A stretch of DNA of 64,000 nt from Chrysomallon squamiferum (taxonomy: Eukaryota; Animalia; Mollusca), in NCBI GenBank assembly GCA_012295275.1, contig CM022668.1:3844001-3908000 (forward strand). The letters run 5' to 3'. Under the pieces are notes generated by a model. That model ran no database searches. It worked only from the letters and a program-made list of their open reading frames with translations, and was not told where the DNA came from. Position numbers and translations under genes: made by a program. Shown piece by piece: positions 25,744 through 39,375 of the stretch. The number at the start of each line of letters is the position of its first letter. Positions within the stretch are counted from its first letter, which is position 1.

Positions 25744-28700
25744 CATAATTATGGGTAACAGTATTGTGATAATATGTAAATGTGTGAGCTTATGATTGGC
25801 TGCTAGAGAAAGATCATGTGATATTTTCTTAAAATAATTTCAGTTGATTATTCTGGAAATAAAAATCTCCCATTACTCTTTATTTAAATAATGAAAACAG
25901 TCTGAAAAAAAGAGTCTGTAATTAAGATTTCATTTTTCTCTGATAAATGTCTTACTAATATCTCACAATTCACCTTTCTTTTCTTTTCTTTCTTTCTTGA
26001 TTTTTTATTTCCTTTGTTACAGAAGTTCTGTTTATTTTTCATAATTTGTACAAAATTACTTTAATAATAAAATGATTAAATATTATTGTTTAAAAATAAC
26101 AAATCCTTAACTGAAAACAGAGGTAGGAAAAAATTAAATATTGGTTAAAGACATGAAAATGATCCTTTTTTAAACTGACTTCATATATCAGTGTTTATAA
26201 CAGAAATAAATTTGTGATAGAAGTATTAAAATAATTTTTGCCACAACAATAATTTTTTATTAAGCATTTTGTAACATAATTTGGATTTGAAATTGTCATT
26301 GATATTTTTTATTTATTAGAGTTGTTTTCTGGAATGTTCCAAAATATTTGATTAACATGTTAGATTTTTAAGAATTTAATTTATTTTCACTCATCCCCTT
26401 AAATCCATTCCCGAAATCCTTTATCCTAGATCTCTATTTGTTTTTCAACAATCATATTTTACAATTTACATATTTATTTTGTATAATCCATGAATATTTG
26501 ATAGAATTCCATGATTAAATTATTTAACAAAAAGGTTGTATTTATTATACCAATAACAATAAAAATTTGAAAACATTCACATCATTAACATTTAGCAAAA
26601 TATATATGCAAGATAAAACTACAGCATGGTTGTCATTTCATAATATATATTTTTTGTTCAGTACAATTTTAGTGTAAATATTGAATTTAAAAATAACAAT
26701 ATAGTAAATCATTTGATCAGGATGCAGAGTAATAACAGTCTTTGTTGATGTTGGGTAAAAAATGGCAGAACAATTTGATTTGTTCTTTAAATGTCATAAA
26801 ACTAAAGTTTTGCTGATATTTTCTGATGTAAAGGGAATTTCTCTGACTTGCTCTAATTTATTATTACATTTTGTTTCTCCACATAATTAGCACTAACAGG
26901 ATAAACTGAGCAGGCAGAAGTATAAAAAACAAAGCAGATTAAAAAATATATCTGAATGAGACCCACCATCTAGCAAAAGTTTTATTATGTAACTAATTAT
27001 TCTGTGTCAAAGCTGTGTGTTCACGGATCTGTTAATGTGTTCATCTTTCAGTGCATACAAACCAGTCTTTCTCTGTGTTTTGCTTGGGTCACTATAGATT
27101 CTAGTAATGATGTGAGTGTAATCAACATTATGTAAAATAATCCTGTAAGCTTATAGCTGTTAGTGTATTTGTTCACTTCATGTAAAAAGTCGAAAATGCC
27201 ATCCAAACTCTGTGTTTGCAGAGATTTTCTGTAAAATATATATGTATTGGATTGAAATCACTTGACATAATGCAAAGAGCTGTTAAGATGTTTTAAGTTT
27301 GTAAATGGAAATGAAGATCAGTAAATATTGGTTTATCTGCCTGATGTTAGGCTTATTTTGATTGGTTGATTTAAACCATACCAAAAGTGTAACAAAAATG
27401 TTAGTTAACTTTTTAACAATAATGTAATTACTCATCAAATATAATAATTGCAGTAAAAACCATGCATATTATCAAGTAATAGTTGGTATTATATCATAGA
27501 AGTCTTTTGATATTGACATTTATTTCAAAAACTTCTCAGCCAGGGAAAATTAAAATTAGAAAATAATTTTGTGTAACAGTTTTTAAAATTGTAAACATAT
27601 TAATCATTAATAGAAACAGAAGATTATAAGATTATAAAGACTTTATTTAATGTTTTAATTTCTGTTGTAACTATGAAATCCAGTATTTGTTGTATTTCTT
27701 AATCATAGAGCTTTAACAAAGTTTGTACAAATAATATATCTAAAAGAACAGTAATCCATGTCTGTAGATTGATTATACAATGTGTTTGTGTTAGCTGTAA
27801 TCTGTTTACTTTAGGTTTATTAACATTGTCTTGTCACATGTATTTGTTTACATTATCATTTTTAACTGTTGTGTTAATTAAATTAAGTTACACTTTGCAA
27901 TTTCATTAATTAACATGCATCAAATTATCTGTTTCTACTGTAATTTGTTTACATTTAATTATTACAATTTTTAATGTGTTAACCTGATTTATAAAAGTTA
28001 CTCCAAGGACTAAATTTACAATTTTAGTACAACTCAGTTTACAAAAATAACATTGGAATAACAGCTACAGATTGTTATTTAAATATTAAAGTTTTATTTA
28101 ATACAGTCTTGAATTTAACTTTTTGTTTAAGTACAATTTTATTGTGATGTATTATTCATTTAATTTTTGTTTGATCTGAATTTATTTACTATGGTGTGAA
28201 AGAAAAAATTGGCAAAAAAAAAAAAAAATAATAAGATTTATTAGAACTGTTTTGAAGATAAATGTTACAGTTTTTTAAATTGCAATTTTTATGTATTAAT
28301 TTTGCCTGTTTAGTTTATGCTTTATTAATGTTTATACAAAAGATTATTTATTAATTTTGTTTGACAGTGTTATTATTTATTTGTCATAAAGAGTGCAATC
28401 ATGAAAAGTTACTTGTTTATACACGATCACCAGTGCAATCTCCCACAGCTTTATTTCATTGTTCTTAAACATCACTTGTTCATACTTGTAATTCTTCTGC
28501 ACATTCATTTTCCCTGTTTTTATATTTAACATAAAAACTGTATTTTTGTTATTTTAGATTCCCTAGTAGACCTTTTATTTAAATGAGACTATTTTATTGA
28601 GAAGTTTCTGTATATTTTATATCCTATGTAATTATATTTTTTATTTTTTGAAAGTGAAAATGTGTTTTCATTTTTTGTAAAAAAAAAAGTGAGAAACAAA

Positions 28701-30347
28701 TGAATGAAAAATACACAATCTAAAGACAGACCTTTTTATCTTATTAAAAAGACATTGATATAATTATTTTAACAATTTATTAATTAACTAAAGAAAATAA
28801 TCCAACCTGTAAATTGATACCTTGTTTCTTTTCTAAATAGAATTTGATGGAAAATATGATAATTCCTAATATAAAGTACACTAACTATTTACTTTAGTTA
28901 TTTCTCTGTAACTTGAATCTTCTGTGAAATGAAAATGAACTTTTACTGCACTAGCTGACTCACTGGTGTGTCTGTTATGTTTATTTATTTATTTACTTAC
29001 TCATTTAATTTTTTATTTTTTAATATTTGTTTACATTAATTTACAGTTTACAGTACTCAACAGGTTTTTTTTTTAGTAGTAACATAATAGGTGCTAAAAT
29101 ATTTGTCTTCCAAGGATTTTTAGTAGTAGTAGTAGTATGATTATTAAGTTAAATAGTTTAACATAAAATATTAAAAGAATATAAATGTTATATCAGTTAC
29201 TTTGAAAACAAATCAAAATATTTTAAGATAATTTATTTATTTATTTATTTTTATGTTATATTTATTTTTGAAAAACCAATTTCTGAAATAATATCGTGTA
29301 TGCCTATTCACTTAAGGTATATATTTGTATGCTTGTGACTGGTGCAAACATGTTCATGCATGCTTACTAGTTATATTGCTATTATTGGAGTACATTTTGG
29401 TTATTTTAATTTTTAATTTTTGATTTCTTTTTTTTTTTCATTTCACTTTTTCTCTAGCTTTCTTTTATTTTTCTTCATTTCTATACATTAAATAAAATTG
29501 TTTTTGTAAACTGTTTTCACTATACTAATATAGAATGTATTCTGTGATAATATTTCTCAGTTCTTTTCTCTTTTCTTTTTTTTGTGTGTGTTTCTATTTG
29601 ATGTAAGAACTTGAAACCAGTTTGATGTCTGTTTTCTTCAAACAAAAATACCATGTCTTGTTCTTTTCACTTTTGTTTCTTATCTTCAGTTTTTATTTTA
29701 TTGGGGTTTATTGTTTTATTTATTTAAGGTTTTTTTTTTTTTTGCAGACCTGTGTAATTGTGTGTGTGTGTGTGTGTGTGAGTGTGTATGTGCACATACA
29801 TGTATGCACAAAAATACTTTTCCATGACTATACCAGTTATTTTTCACATGTTTTTATTTATAACTGGTATTTCTACTGTTAACAGTTCATCAAAGCACTT
29901 TTGCAAGAGTGTTATTTTTTTTCTGTGGTTACATGCAATCAGTAAAATTTTACATTCATATCCTGTTGATACTGGAAATGTTGAGGTATCTGATGATTTT
30001 TAATTTTGTTCAGTAATTTATTTTTATTGTGATGTCCAGTCACTGGGCCACTCGTGTGCATCAGCAGCAAGAGATTTTTGTCTGGCCATGTTGTCACAGA
30101 ACACACAGTAGTGTTCTGTGAGTGTGTACCTTCTGAACACTGGTTAGAACTGTAAATAGACTGATCCAGTGACATGTCACATTTCAAATTCACATTACAA
30201 GAAAAAAAACCTTGCTGATAAATATAGTAGATTTCTCAGGTATGTTGTACATTCTCCAGTCCTAACATTTGTGACAGAAAATGAATTACTTAATTCTGTT
30301 ACAACCTTAAACAAAGTATATTCTTGTCAATGATTAAATGAATATTT

Positions 30348-30390
<43 letters not shown>

Positions 30391-32001
30391 GTATTACATA
30401 GCTTGTTGGCTCTTAAAATTATGTATTTATTTATTGATCTTGTATATCTGCATTTTTGTCATTTTTGTTTTAGTTTTGTTATTTTTTTTTGTTGTCTTTC
30501 TTTTTTTTATTGATTTATTTTTGTATCAAGTCCAAAATTAAAAATGTTAATATCATCATCTGTTGGTGCTTCATGCTGAGAGTAATATATATTACATTAA
30601 AACTGTTATTATTGTTGTACTTTGTAACTATTCCTTGTCAGCTTTGTTTATCTGATAAATACCAGAATCTTGTCCCCATCATGTCAAATGTCACATTGCT
30701 TATCAGGATAATAAAAAATTTAAAAACTGTTTCTCTATTTATGTATTCTGGTGGTGGTTTGTTTTTCTTTATTTACAGAAGTCTAATGTTTACAAATCAT
30801 GACAGTGTTTATTTTCTCTGTTTTTATTTTCTATTACTCTTCTATTGTCAGCTCATGAATCATTCTGCTAATAGTAAACCTATTCAGAAAATATGAATAA
30901 ATGTTTATGATACAATTTTGTGTTGTTTGTTTATTTCATATTTTACTATATTCTTAGATTCTTGATCACAATTTAGTATAATATAATTAAAGCTATTTGG
31001 AAGTTAAGTAAATTAAATTTTATATTATTATTTATTTTATTTTATTTTATTTTATTATTATTGTTATTTTTGTTCAATATTACAAAATGCAAAAGTATAA
31101 TCGAAATAGCAGTTAACATTGTGTTATTCAAAAACTCTGAAATTGTTTTAAAAGACTGAGTCCATGAAATCTGAAAAATCATTGTGTTTATTAAGTAGAA
31201 TGTCATTTTTATTAATAAATAGTGATATTAAATTTTATTTTTTCATTTATGTGGACAGTAGACAATATTATGACTTCATCTATTGTTATTTTTAAAAGAC
31301 ATTTTAGTTCACTGAACTGTCCAGTTATATTATTGTTTAACCGAAAATTCAGCCTTACAAAGGAACATGTAAGTTTTTTTTAATTTTATTTTATTTTATG
31401 TCAGCATATATTTGTATTTGTTTATATATTCATATATGATGACTGATTACTCTGATAATGATTTGACGTAAATATGAGTAACTCTCTCTCTCTCATATGA
31501 AATAAATATATAGTCTTCTGGTGTGCTGAAGAAGTTGGTATGAACTAAACAGTCTAATTGTTTGATTGTTTTATAAGTGTCTCCTAAATATCAGTGACTC
31601 ATTTTCTATGATTTTACGCTTAAAACATTTACTTGTCAAACCAGACCACGTACAGATGTGCATACAAACACACACGTAAATTGTATATAATGCTACTTTA
31701 TAGTTCCCCAGCCATGCCCATAGTAACTATTAGATTAACAGTGGATTCGAAATAAAAAAAATTAGTATGGTATTTAAGTAGCGCTTACTAATTGTCAGTA
31801 ATAATTAAACAGTAATAAACACGTTCAAATTATATTAGTAAAATGTTAAAATGCTCTTGCACATTGTTTTACATCGTTTATTAATATTATTGTGAAAATA
31901 TTATTATTATATTTGTTGTTGTTGTTATTGCTGATAGTCTGTCTTTGTTATTGTTCTGTTGTGTTATCTGTGCTGTTATTTTTACTAGCTCTTTTAATTA
32001 A

Positions 32002-32046
<45 letters not shown>

Positions 32047-33949
32047 GAGTAGTACTATTAATAGCAATAAACAAATTAAAGGTAAATCATAATATAAAAA
32101 TAATAAAAAAATTAAAATTACAACAGATTAGGTTCTATGTCTCTATAATGGTGTCAATACTAGGGCTGGATCAATAATATGGCGTCATTATTCTTGTTTG
32201 ATATTTGCTGAACACAGGAGGAACAACAGTAACACAACACGTACTGCTAATCAGAATATCAATATGAAATGACACTTTGTTAAATTATTGTTTTTATTAA
32301 TGAACGATAAAACAGTGGCCACATGGATTCTATACTGACTTTTTTCTTTAAATTAATCCTTATGACTGAATTTTTCTTTTAGAATAATCCTTTCAAATGA
32401 AAAAATATTATATTTTATTTTGTTTGTTGTATTATTATTAAATTTCCTTATTATTTTTCATATAGTAGTAGTATGTAATAGTAGTACTAGCAGTAGTAAT
32501 AATAGTAGTCGTAGTAGCCCAATAATAATTGCTCTAGTAGTATTTAGCAGGAGTAGCAGTAACATCAATAGCAGTATTACTAATACTACTGCTACTAGTC
32601 AAACCAAACATAATATTACTACTACTACTGCAGTAACCCCTGGTGCTGGTGCTGTTGCGGATGCTGTTGCTGTTGCTGCTGCTGCTGCTCTATAACCAGA
32701 TTACTGTAAAATTGAAACCAATAAAATTATTACAGACTTTTAAGTCTAACCAATCAGTTCTGACTTGTGTAAACACTTCAGAGCCTCTGACGAGCACTGA
32801 GATTTGTAAACAACTGGTATGTTTACAGTGTGCTACTTGTTCTCAAAACAGATTCGTTTGTTGTTTATCTAACCAAATTTTAATTGACCACTCTGAGAGT
32901 CAGCCAGCTAGCGACTACTTCAGTATGTCAGAACACTGGATCCTTATCGTGAGTGGATTTCGTCCCAGGATAGGTCAACATCGAAAGGTCATGAGTCGTG
33001 TGAAAAATGTGATGGATCATAATCACCACTTAGCTTATTAAAACAGAATTGTATCAGCCTGAAGAACAGCAGACTTACACAGGCAGACGAACGGACACAC
33101 GGACTGACAGATAGATTTGCTAGGAAACGTTTTACATTTTGTGTTTACATATTTAGTGGGGTGTTGTTATTTGTTGTATTTATCTCTTTATCTGCTGCTC
33201 ACTTAAATATGACGATCTTCCTAATTTTTGTATTTCTTTGATTCAGTTTTAATTTTTCTGAGTAACAAAGTGTCGCTTATTTCATACTCTGGATTCAGCA
33301 ATGAACAAATCTGATAATTAAAATAAATAAATAAAACAACTGATGATTTTTATTGTTTACATTTTTCCTATAGTGTAAATTTATACGTGTTTTTCAGACA
33401 TGTAATGTATACGAAGTAAACAAACTGAACTAGGTTAACGTTAGATAAGTATCTCAGGTACGAGCAGATCCCCGCTGTGTATCTTTTTCATCCTATACAA
33501 TTTACATCCTGCTTTCATTACCTACCCTACCGTGTGACAAACCCTCAAACTCATTCATCTGTAGAAAGAAAAATAAATGTATATATGTGTTTTCTGTTTG
33601 TTGAATGGAGACTTCTGTGCTGTGTATGAAGCTGTACGTGACACACAAACATTATCATGTTTATCATTTTATCAGGTGTCTACGTCCGGCTCGCAGTTTG
33701 GGACAGACGTTACTTAATCACAAAGTCAGTTATAACAAATCTGCAGTTTTACATATCTCATTAAAACGATCATTCGGTGTTTATGCAGCACGACTTAAAT
33801 TTCTCACTTTGAAAAAAAGGAGAGATGTAGATGATGATAGCAAGAAAGAGAGACATAAAATAAAAATATATATATATATACACATGTGTGTGTGTGTGTG
33901 TGTGTATGTATATATATATATATATTTTGTAGGTGTGTGTATATGTATG

Positions 33950-34195
33950 TGTATATGTGTAATATTTAACTCTGATATAATATTGTACTTTGTTAAGCAA
34001 AACCAAGTGGCTGAGTGATGCTATATTTTAATATACATGTATGTAACAATATTGCATGAATAAACTGTATTTCCAAAAGTATGTTTAAGTTTTTTTTAAA
34101 GCAACTATACAGAAAAAATAAATAAGGTGCCACTTTTTCCAAATCTGCACAGTGCCAATTCTTCCGGGTGCCATTTTTCCCCATGTGCTATTTTT
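33950..34195. mobile_element. Non-autonomous DNA-transposon/MITE-like fragment, copy 1
   Basis: TGTTAAGCAAAACCAAGTGGCTGAGTGATGCTATATTTTAATATACATG...GTGCCA(A/T)TTT subterminal-type repeats; near-identical to 39150-39375. Confidence 0.65.
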
Positions 34196-35519
34196 TTTTT
34201 TCTACACCCTAAAATATCAGTGGTCAAAACGTCATGCACTAGGTGAAATAAACAACAGAAATATATTACAATGATGCTTTTTACTACATAGATAAAACCA
34301 TACAAAACACACGCATGAACATACGGCACAACAATCAGCAATAAGAAAAGAAGTAAAAATTAGAATTTGTTATAATTCAGTTTAAATACTGTATATTATG
34401 GTAAATTATCAGTCTGTCTATAATAACGGTTCCAGGACAATTCCCCACTGGACAATAACCCACTGTTAATTTTTTATGTGCCCGTGGGAAGAACCAACAT
34501 GGTAATACTCTGTAATAATGACAATAACAATAACTATATAACAACAACAACAACAACAACAACAATAATCATAATATTAATAATAATAATAGTAGTAGTA
34601 GTAGTAGTAGCAGTGTTGGTAGTGGTAGTAGTAATAACAGCAACAGTGATAATGATTATGACTGGCACGGGGCTCACACCTTTAAACACCTTGGATGTTT
34701 TATTAAGGCTCAGTGTACGGTAACAAGGTGCTTTAATGGCCACCTAACAAGGAATATAAACGAAATATTTGACAGCAAACTATATAAATCAATAAATCTG
34801 TCTATTCACTAGAGAAATAAACACAACACCAGTTAAGGTTCACGTTAATTATTTAATTATGATATTCAGGTGACTTGATAATACATTATACAATCATAAA
34901 ACATACGTAATTTTGATTAATGATGCGAGAAAGGTCATACGAGTAAGATTATAAAGGGAACCAAGACAAAATAAGAATCTGCATGGAAGACAGATTAAAA
35001 CCTTAAATTTTTGGGTACAATAAATGTTATTGACACAGGTTAATTGCACATTACACCCTATTAAAATAAGAATAGACAATTGCTTACCATACTCGTCCAT
35101 AAAGACAGTGTCATGTTTGGTTTCCTCGCCTGACTGAATTCTCGTCTTGACCGTTTCCTTCGCTTTCGCTTTTTTCTTTAATTACCTTGAAAAAAATATG
35201 AACGCTCTAATCAGCGCAAGGTTTTGTGAAGCACGTAAAATTACCAAATGCAGCCCTTTTTGTAATAACGCCATGGAGTTGAAAAATTAGCGGAAACAAT
35301 AAAAAGATCGGATGTTATTATAAGTAACAATTAAAGTTACGCAATCTGAATTCCATCACTCAAAAATAAAAGCGCGGATCTGAATGAAGTAACAAATTTG
35401 GTTACTCAATCTGAATTCGTGACAGTGACGATGATGACGGTAGATCTAATAACATGTGTAAATCGCTTGTATGGTTTCGTGTGTGTGTGTTGTGTATGTG
35501 TTTATGTGTGTACGTATGA

Positions 35520-35571
<52 letters not shown>

Positions 35572-35779
35572 AATTGTCCGTTTACCCACGGGCACGCACG
35601 TGTGCTGTTTACAAACAGTCAGCAACAAAAAAGAAGTAAAAAATATAATTCAATTCAAATACTGTATGTTGTGGTATATTCATCAGTCTGACTATAAAAA
35701 TACCTTCAAAGAAGCTGCTGTCAGCTGATTTCATTTCACAAACATAAATATATACTTGCTTATATACATACAAAGATAA

Positions 35780-36768
35780 ATGTGCATGTATGTACGTTTG
35801 TATATATGTATCTATGTGTGTATGTATGTGTGTATGTATGTATGTATGTATCTGTGTGTATGTATGTATGTATGTACCTTTGTATATATCTATCTATGTG
35901 TGTATGTATGTGTGTATGTATGCATGTATGTATATATGTGTGTATGTATGTGTGTATGTACGTTTGTATATATGTATCTATCTATGTGTATGTATGTGTG
36001 TATGTATGTATGTATGTATCTATTTGTGTATGTATGTATGTATGTACGCATGTATGTATCTGTCTATGTGTGTATGTATGTGTGTATGTATGCATGTATG
36101 TATCTATGTGTGTATGTATGTGTGTATGTATGCATGTATGTATCTATCTATGTGTGTATGTATGTGTGTATGTATGCATGTATCTATCTATGTGTGTATG
36201 TATGTGTGTATGTATGCATGTATGTATCTATCTATGTGTGTATGTATGTGTGTATGTATGCATGCATGTATCTATGTGTGTATGTATGTGTGTATGTACG
36301 CATGTATGTATTTATCTATGTGTGTATGTATGTGTGTATGTATGAATGTATGTATCTATCTATGTGTGTATGTATGTGTGTATGTATGCATGCATGTATC
36401 TATCTATGTATGTATGTGTGTATGTATGCATGTATGTATCTATGTATCTATCTATGTATCTATGTGTGTATGTATGTGTGTATGTATCTATCTATGTGTT
36501 TATGTGTGTATGTATGTGTGTATGTATCTATCTATGTGTGTATGTATGCATGTATGTATCTATCTATGTGTGTATGTATGCATGTATGTATATATCTATG
36601 TGTGTATGTATCTATCTATGTGTGTATGTATGTGTGTATGTATGTGTGTATGTATGCATGTATGTATCTATGTAGGCACGTATGTCTGTAGCATGTGCAC
36701 ATGTGTGTATACATGGTGTGCACGCATAGGTACACAGATAGATAGGTAGGTATGTGTGAGTGTGTGTG

Positions 36769-36802
<34 letters not shown>

Positions 36803-36860
36803 TGTATGTATGTATGTATGTATGTATGTATAGATAGATAGATAGATAGATAGATATGAT
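35780..36860. repeat. Complex (TATG/TGTG/TATC)n tetranucleotide satellite
   Basis: About 1.1 kb mosaic of TATG, TGTG, TATC and CATG units, followed by pure (TATG)n and (TAGA)n. It produces the spurious C/M/Y/V ORFs. Confidence 0.95.
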
Positions 36861-37149
36861 GCAGTATTGATGTAACTGTTGTACGTGTAAGTGGCCAGCA
36901 GAGATGATGAAGATAAACAGATGAGTAACAGTGGGTGAGGATACATCACAGGTCAGAATCACTGATTTATTAGTAACTACATCATTCAGTGTCTTACTCA
37001 GATTCAGTTATAATCAACCATTCACTTTCTTTCGTTTTTCACTCTCTTTTTCTTCGTTGTATCATCCTTTACATTCCTTCTTCTCTCTTTCACTCTCTAT
37101 TTATTATTATTATTATTATTATTTTACTTTTTGTACCTTTTCTTTACTG

Positions 37150-37330
37150 TGTATATGTATGTATATATGTACATATGTATGTATGTATGTATGTATATGT
37201 ATATGTATCTATGTATGTATGCATGTATATATGTTTGTATGTATGTATGCATGTATGTATGTATGTATGTTTGTATGTATGTAAGTATGTATGTATGTTT
37301 GTATGTATGTAAGTATGTATGTATGTATTG
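37150..37330. repeat. (TATG)n imperfect microsatellite
   Basis: Directly visible. Confidence 0.9.
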
Positions 37331-37934
37331 TGTGTAATTGAGTGTAATACGTGTTTACATGTAAAAAGGTGTGAAGAAGTTAGTGTTTATTTTTTATTTT
37401 TTCGTTTGTGTTTATTTTCCACTCACTGTCAGATCACCTTAACCTGCTGTCTTTTTCTTCTTTTCTTTTCTCACACACATTCAAACAGACAGACCTCCCT
37501 CGACTGTTGCAACTCATCAACAGTGACAGAACATATAGCAGATTCATTTGATGTCTTACAGTATAACTGCTGTGCACCAACAGCTCGTGCTCTGTAAAAA
37601 CTGAAGAATCGAGCCAGTGTATACGTGACTAATCGATGTTTGCAGGTAGACTGGTATTCTTTGTAAACCAGACACATTAACATAACGTGACTCATCATTT
37701 CATTCACACAAATGACGAACCGGCGCTCGGATCAATTGTACAGTAAGCAAGTCATTATGTGCTGATATCTACTCGACTACTTGTGTTTAGTGTACCGTCA
37801 TCGGGTGGCTTGTGAATATCTCCAACATTCAAGTGTAGATATGACTCACGTTAAATGAATGTTGTAACAGTGGCCCATGGTGATCTCAGCTACCAGCTAC
37901 ACACTCTTATTGCTGTTGTGGTTGCTGCTGCTGC

Positions 37935-37965
<31 letters not shown>

Positions 37966-38242
37966 GTTGTTATTGTTTATTTTTGTTGTTGTTGTTAGTG
38001 GTAAAAACATCATTACTATCGTGATTTCCTTATTGGTAAAAAAACTATTTTGTTTTTATTATTTTGTTGTTACTTTTATTATTATTGCGTTGTTGTTGTT
38101 GTGTTTACATTCACGGTGGATAAAAATTTCCATTAACAGGAAGGTTTACATAATGGTTTCTTTTCTGCTGATAGCTAAATGTCGATTGTTTTTAGCGAGA
38201 GAGAGTCTTCTGTGTCACATGTTGCCATTATGTACAAAAATA

Positions 38243-38275
<33 letters not shown>

Positions 38276-38962
38276 CAAAAATCCATTAATGTTAAAATGT
38301 GCCGAGATGTCATTAAGGAAATACTCATTTATGCATTGCTATAAATCATGTTCTGAGAGTCGAATATTAAATTTAATTACACTCGACAGTTATTGACAGT
38401 TACAGGATTATCAAGAAAACACATATGTTGATATATAAAATATAGTGCATTGCCAGATATGTGTGTGTGTGTGTGTGTGTCAAATCCTGCATGTGTCAGT
38501 CGGGAATGTAGCAGTTTGTAAATGTTTAGACTAAATATAACATTGCAGAACAGTCAGTTACTGATCTTCAGTACCTCAGGGAAATTATTTCAGTCTAACA
38601 AAAGTGATTGCTCGTACAACATATTTTTTACTAATGAACGTCAGACAAATGATGTGTTTTATTCATGAATGATGTGTTTTATTCATGAAGATTTCTTCAA
38701 GTGCCGGCCTTTGTTAATACTTCATGAAGATGTAACGTTATACACACAAACTTCCATACTGGTTACTCACTGTGCTGTGTTCACACTACTCACACATACA
38801 CACATACTTATTACCCCCACACACACGCAAACATCAATGTATACAGAAATACATTAATATACATAACAATACACACAGGTACAGTTATACATACATACAA
38901 ACTTACATACACTCTTAAATACATACACTGACAAAGTACAGTATTATATCAGAGTTAAATAT

Positions 38963-39006
<44 letters not shown>

Positions 39007-39149
39007 CATTATACACATGCACATACACACACAGATACATCTATGTATGCTTTCACACATACATAGATGAATGAATACATACAGACACATACATACAGAT
39101 GATATCATTCTGGAGGATATTTTAACTGTGGTGTGCGTATTTAATGTAT

Positions 39150-39375
39150 TTATATGTGTAATATTAAACTAATATTGTTAAGCAAAACCAAGTGGCTGAG
39201 TGATGCTATATTTTAATATACATGTATGTAACAATATTGCATGAATAAACAGTATTTCCAAAAGTACTTTTAATTTTTTTTTATCAAAGCAACTATACAG
39301 AAAAAAGAAATAGGGTGCCATTTTTTTCCAAATCTGCACTGTGCCATTTTTTCCGGTGCCATTTTTTCCGTACCG
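39150..39375. mobile_element. Non-autonomous DNA-transposon/MITE-like fragment, copy 2
   Basis: Direct repeat of 33950-34195. Ends in reiterated GTGCCATTTTTTCC units and a terminal ...TTTTTCCGTACCG, as typical of TIR-element ends. Confidence 0.65.

Noticed and set aside
29600-34750. Assorted 60-137 aa ORFs (e.g. 32420-33041, 33605-34018)
   Set aside because: Low-complexity or microsatellite-derived, with no recognisable motifs or coherent splice structure.
35780-37337. Long 100-320 aa ORFs rich in C/M/Y/V
   Set aside because: They are translations of (TATG)n-type satellite in all frames, and are stop-free only because of repeat composition.
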